This document shows positions 59,935 through 64,000 of a stretch of 64,000 bases of DNA, piece after piece. A program made the translations under genes and the position numbers. Each line of letters opens with the position of its first letter. The stretch's first letter is position 1. This stretch comes from Chiloscyllium plagiosum (lineage: Eukaryota): positions 3,910,151-3,974,150 of the forward strand of contig NC_057735.1 of NCBI RefSeq assembly GCF_004010195.1, given 5' to 3'. Under the pieces are notes generated by a model. It did not search any database and was not told where the DNA came from. It was given only the letters and a program-made list of their open reading frames with translations.

Positions 59935-60910
59935 AATAGGTGGATGGGCAGGTAGTGTTGGGGAAACAGGGAAGCTGCAGAAGGACTTGTAGGCTAGGAG
60001 AACTGGCAAAGGAATGGCAGATGGAATACATTGTGGGGAAAATGGGAGGTAATGCTCTTTATTAGGAAGAATAAAGGTGTAGACTGTTTTCTAAACTAGG
60101 AAAGGCTTCAGAAATCTGAAGCACAAAGGTTAACATGCAGGTTCAACTGACCATTACGAAAGCAAATGCAATATTTGCATTCATTCCAAGAGAACTAGAA
60201 ATCAAGAGCAGAGGTGTACTGTGGAGGCTGTATAAGGCTCTGGTCAGACAGCATTTGGAGTATTGGGAGCAATTTGAGCTACATATCTAAGAAACGATGA
60301 GCTGGCCTTGGAGAGAGTCCAGAGGAGAAAGTGAGGTCTGCAGATGCTGGAGATCAAAGTTGAAACTTTATTGCTGGAACAGCACAGCAGGTCAGGCAGC
60401 ATCCAGGGAACAGGAGATTCGACGTTTCGGGCACAGGCCCTTCAGGAAAGGGAGTCCAGAGGAGGTTTACAAAAATGATCTCGGGGTGACAGACTTGACA
60501 TCTGAGGATTCTGGGTCTATACTCATGGAGTTTAGAAAAGTGGAGGGAGAATCTGCTTGAAACTTTCAGAATACTGAGGGGCCCAGGTAGAGTGGATGTG
60601 GTCAAGATGTTTCCAGTAGTTGGAGAGACTAGGACCCGAGGACATATTCTGAGTGAAGGCATGACCCTGTAGAACTGAGATGAGGAGGAATTTCTTCAGC
60701 CAGAGCATGGTTAGTCTGTGGAATTCACTGCCACAGGAGGCTGTGGAGGTCAAGTTATTTACTGTATTTAAGATAGATTTTTGACTAGTAAGGCGATGAA
60801 GGGTTACAGGGAAAAGGCGGGAGAATGGGATTGCGAAATATGTCAGTCATGATCAAATGGCAGATCTAATGGAGGGGTCAAATGACCTCATTCTGCTGTA
60901 CCTTATGGTC
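59935..60910 (+). mobile_element. CR1 3' part with nested PLE pLTR (60328-60451)
   Basis: Encodes LYKALVRQHLEY and RRNFFSQ..LWNSLP. The PLE splits LERVQ/RRFT, with 13-bp TSD gagtccagaggag at 60315-60327 and 60452-60464. Confidence 0.85.
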
Positions 60911-61004
60911 TTTTATTGGGGTTGGTGGTGGTGGTGACTAACTTGCTCTCTGCATAGGTGGATTTCTGCTACAGATTTTAATGAAGCTGTACACCTCCAC
61001 ATTA

Positions 61005-63211
61005 CAGTTACACAATTCCTTAAGTTTTAGAATACTCACTGACAAAGACAAGCATGATCCTAAAGGAAGAGTGCTAAATTGGGAGAAGGCCAACTGTACC
61101 AAAATTCAGCAGGAGCTGGGGAATAGAGATTGGGAGCAGCTGTTTGAAGGGAAATCCACATTGGATATGTGGGAGGCTTTTAAAGAGAGGTTGATTAGCA
61201 TGCAGGAGAGGCCTGTTCCTGTGAAAATGAGGGATAGAAATGGCAAGATTAGGGAACCATGGATGTCTGGTGAAATTGAAACTAGCTAAGAGGAAAAATA
61301 AGGTCTAGGTGACTGAAGACAGCTGAAGCCTTGGAAGAATATCAGGAATGTAGGACCGATCTGAAACGAGGAATTAAGAGGACTTAAAGGGGTCATGAGA
61401 TATCCTTAGCAAGCTAGGTTAAGGAAAACCCCAAAGCCTTTTATTCATATATAAGGAGCAAGAAGGTAACTAGGGAAAGGCTGGCACACTCCAGGACAAA
61501 GGAGGGAAGATATGCATGGAGTCAGCGAAAATGGGTGAAATTCTTAATGAGTACTTTGCATCGCTATTCACAGAGGAGAGGAACATAGCAGACTTTGAGG
61601 TTAGGGATAGATCTTTAATTACTGTATAGGAGGTCTGCATAAGGAGGGAGCAAATGTTGTGTATTCAAAAAAACATTAACGTGGACAAGTCCTCAGGTCT
61701 GGATGAGATCTATCCCAGGTTACTGAGGGAAGCGAGAGAGGAAACAATTGGGGCTTTAACAGATATGTTTGCAGCATCCTTGAACATGGGGGGAGGTCTC
61801 AGAGCACTGGAGAATTGCTAATGTTGTGCCCTTGTTTAAGAAGGGTACCAGGGATAATCCAAGTAATTACAGACCTGTGAACCTGGTAGGGAAGCTACTG
61901 GAGAAGATACTAAACGATATGATGTATATCCATTTGGAAGAAAATGGGCTTATCAGTGATAGGCAGCATGGTTTTGTGCAGGGAAGGTCATGTCTTACAA
62001 ACCTAATAGAATTCTTTGAAGAGGTGACAAAGTTGATTGAAAAGGAAAGGGATGTACATGGACTTTAGTAAGGCATTTGATAAAGTTCTCCATGTAGGCT
62101 AATGAAGAAGGTGAAGTCGCATGGGGCCCAGGGTGTTCTAGTTAGATGGATAGAGAACTGGTTGGACAACAGGAGACAGAGTAGTAGTGTAAGGGAGCTT
62201 CTCAAAATGGAGACCTGTGACAAGTGGTGTCCCACAGGAATCTGTGCTGTTGTGTATGATTTGGAAGGTGTAGGTTGCCTCATAAGCAAGTTTGCAGATG
62301 ACACTAAGATTGGTGGAGTAGCAGATAGTGAAGGGCACTGTCAGAGAATACAGCAGAATATAGATAGATTAAAGAGTTGGGCAGAGAAATGGCAGATGGC
62401 GTTCAATCTGGACAAATGTGAGGTGATGCATTTTGGAAGATGCAGTTCCAGAGCAAACTATGTCGTAAATGGAAAAGTCCTGGGGAAAATTGATGTGCAA
62501 AGAGATCTGGGTGTTCAGGTCCATTGGTCCCTGAAAGTGGCAATGCAGGTCAGTAGTGTGGTCATGAAGGCATATGGCATGCTTTCCTTCATCGGATGGG
62601 GTATTGAGTACAAGAGTTGGCAGGTCATGTTACATTTGTATAAGACTTTGGTTCGGCTACATTTGGAATACTGCATACAGTTCTGGTCGCCACATTACCA
62701 AAAGGATGTGGATGCTTTGGAGAGGGTACAGAGGGTGTTCACCAGGATGTTACCAGGTATGGAGGGTGCTAGCTATGAGGAGAGGTTGAGTAGTTTAGGA
62801 TTATTTTCATTGGAAAGACGGAAGTTGAGGGGGAACCTGATTGAAGCCTACAAAATCATAAGAAGAGGTGTAGACAGGGTGGATAGCAAGAAACATTTTT
62901 TTCCCAGTGTTGAGAGCTCAATTACTCGGGGTCACGAGTTCAAAATAAGAGGGGAAACATTTAGGGGAGATGTGCATAGAAAGCTCTTTATGCAGAGGGT
63001 GGTGGGTGCCTGGAATGCGTTACCAGTGGAGGTGGTAGGAGCATGAGCGATAGCATCATTTAAGATGTATCTGGACAGATACACGAATGAGCAGGAGCAA
63101 AGGGACACAGATCCTTAGAAAATAGGCGGAAGATTTAGATAGAGGATCTGGATCAGCGCAGGCTTGGAGGGCTGAAGGGCCTGTTCCTGTGCTGTAAGGT
63201 TCTTTGTTCTA
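61005..63211 (+). mobile_element. 5'-truncated CR1 LINE, RT region (314-aa ORF remnant 62102-63046)
   Basis: PLFKKG..NYRPV, QHGFVQGRSCLTNLIEFFE, ISKFADDTKIGG and HLEYCIQFWSPH. 3' tail ttctttgttcta. Confidence 0.92.
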
Positions 63212-64000
63212 CAGTTTTGTTTGAAGCTCCATGACTATTGGTAGGTTTCCCAGATTCGCCGAGACCCATCAACTGAAGGACCAAGAAATGAGAGATAGCT
63301 GAATCCAAGTGTTGTAAATACCTGAGGGAGCAGGAGAATTTCCTTGTTAATCCCCGCAGATGTCTCACTCTCTCCTCCCTTCCACCACCCCACACACACA
63401 CCCACCCCACCCCCGCCCACAGCAAGCCCGTTGGACACTCACTGCAGTCAGATACTTATAAGCTACCTATGTACCTTTCTCAATTTCACCCCCCACCTTG
63501 CCCCACTCCCTCCTCACACTTTCCATCTGTGGCCAAGGGTGTAATAGTCATTCCTGCCTGGCAGTTTGTCAGTCAACCACTCTCAGTGGCTGCTGACCAG
63601 GAAGCAAAAAATGTTAAATGGATCCTGCCGTTAATTTTGGCATTTCCTAACTTTTCCATAAATATCGAGCTAAAAAGAAAAATGAGAAAGAACAGCAATT
63701 TGTGAGTAATTTGCAATATTATGTGAGATTATTGAGCAATGTTTACAAGCAAGCAAGAAAAATGAGTCAGAACTAATCACCCTTGAAAATAATTAATCAG
63801 TTCATCAGTGTCTGAAACAGAACTTGCAGGTTAAAGTTTCAGGTGTAACCATTTATTAGAACAGAAGGTAAAAGATTGAAAACTGTTTGTTCCTGATTGA
63901 GTGTTCTCTCAGCCAAAATGATTAACGAGATTATGATCTTGATATGGTAATACTCCAGATGAGAACACAACTATAGCCACACAAGGAGTCATTTGGCGTT

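Noticed and set aside
477-60451. Recurrent palindromic motif read as a CRISPR or REP-like array
   Set aside because: The copies are dispersed with individual TSDs, have no regular spacers, are linked to a PLE endonuclease at 39830-40491 and lie in vertebrate DNA.
62102-63046. 314-aa reverse-transcriptase ORF as an active or domesticated gene
   Set aside because: It is part of a 5'-truncated CR1 with upstream stops and frameshifts and a scrambled region before KFADD.

Overview
Eukaryotic, almost certainly elasmobranch (shark), genomic DNA, inferred from HE1-type SINEs, DeuSINEs and shark-like CR1 LINEs. The window lies inside one + strand gene of the ST7/ST7L (suppression of tumorigenicity 7) family. 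Six consecutive internal coding exons (3581-3678, 4648-4762, 8948-9020, 18350-18452, 50349-50499, 54581-54673) have AG/GT boundaries and matching phases and splice into one uninterrupted ORF; the gene start and end lie outside the window. The introns, one of them about 31.9 kb, are packed with decayed CR1 LINEs, an RTE LINE, HE1/V-SINEs, DeuSINEs, a Tigger-like MITE, a probable solo LTR and many short Penelope-like element (PLE) pieces. Most ORFs in the supplied track are TE debris or spurious. The most interesting signal is the set of miniature PLE insertions. Several families carry minimal hammerhead-ribozyme-like motifs (CTGANGA-stem-GAAAC/G). Several insertions are fold-back palindromes with clean TSDs. 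One is a tandem double-hammerhead (retrozyme-like) unit in sense orientation about 1.1 kb upstream of an exon, and one has captured 17 nt of neighbouring genomic DNA at its inversion junction. Repeat-poor intronic blocks are candidate WNT2/WNT2B enhancers. Repeat family names and most repeat boundaries come from recognition by eye and are approximate.
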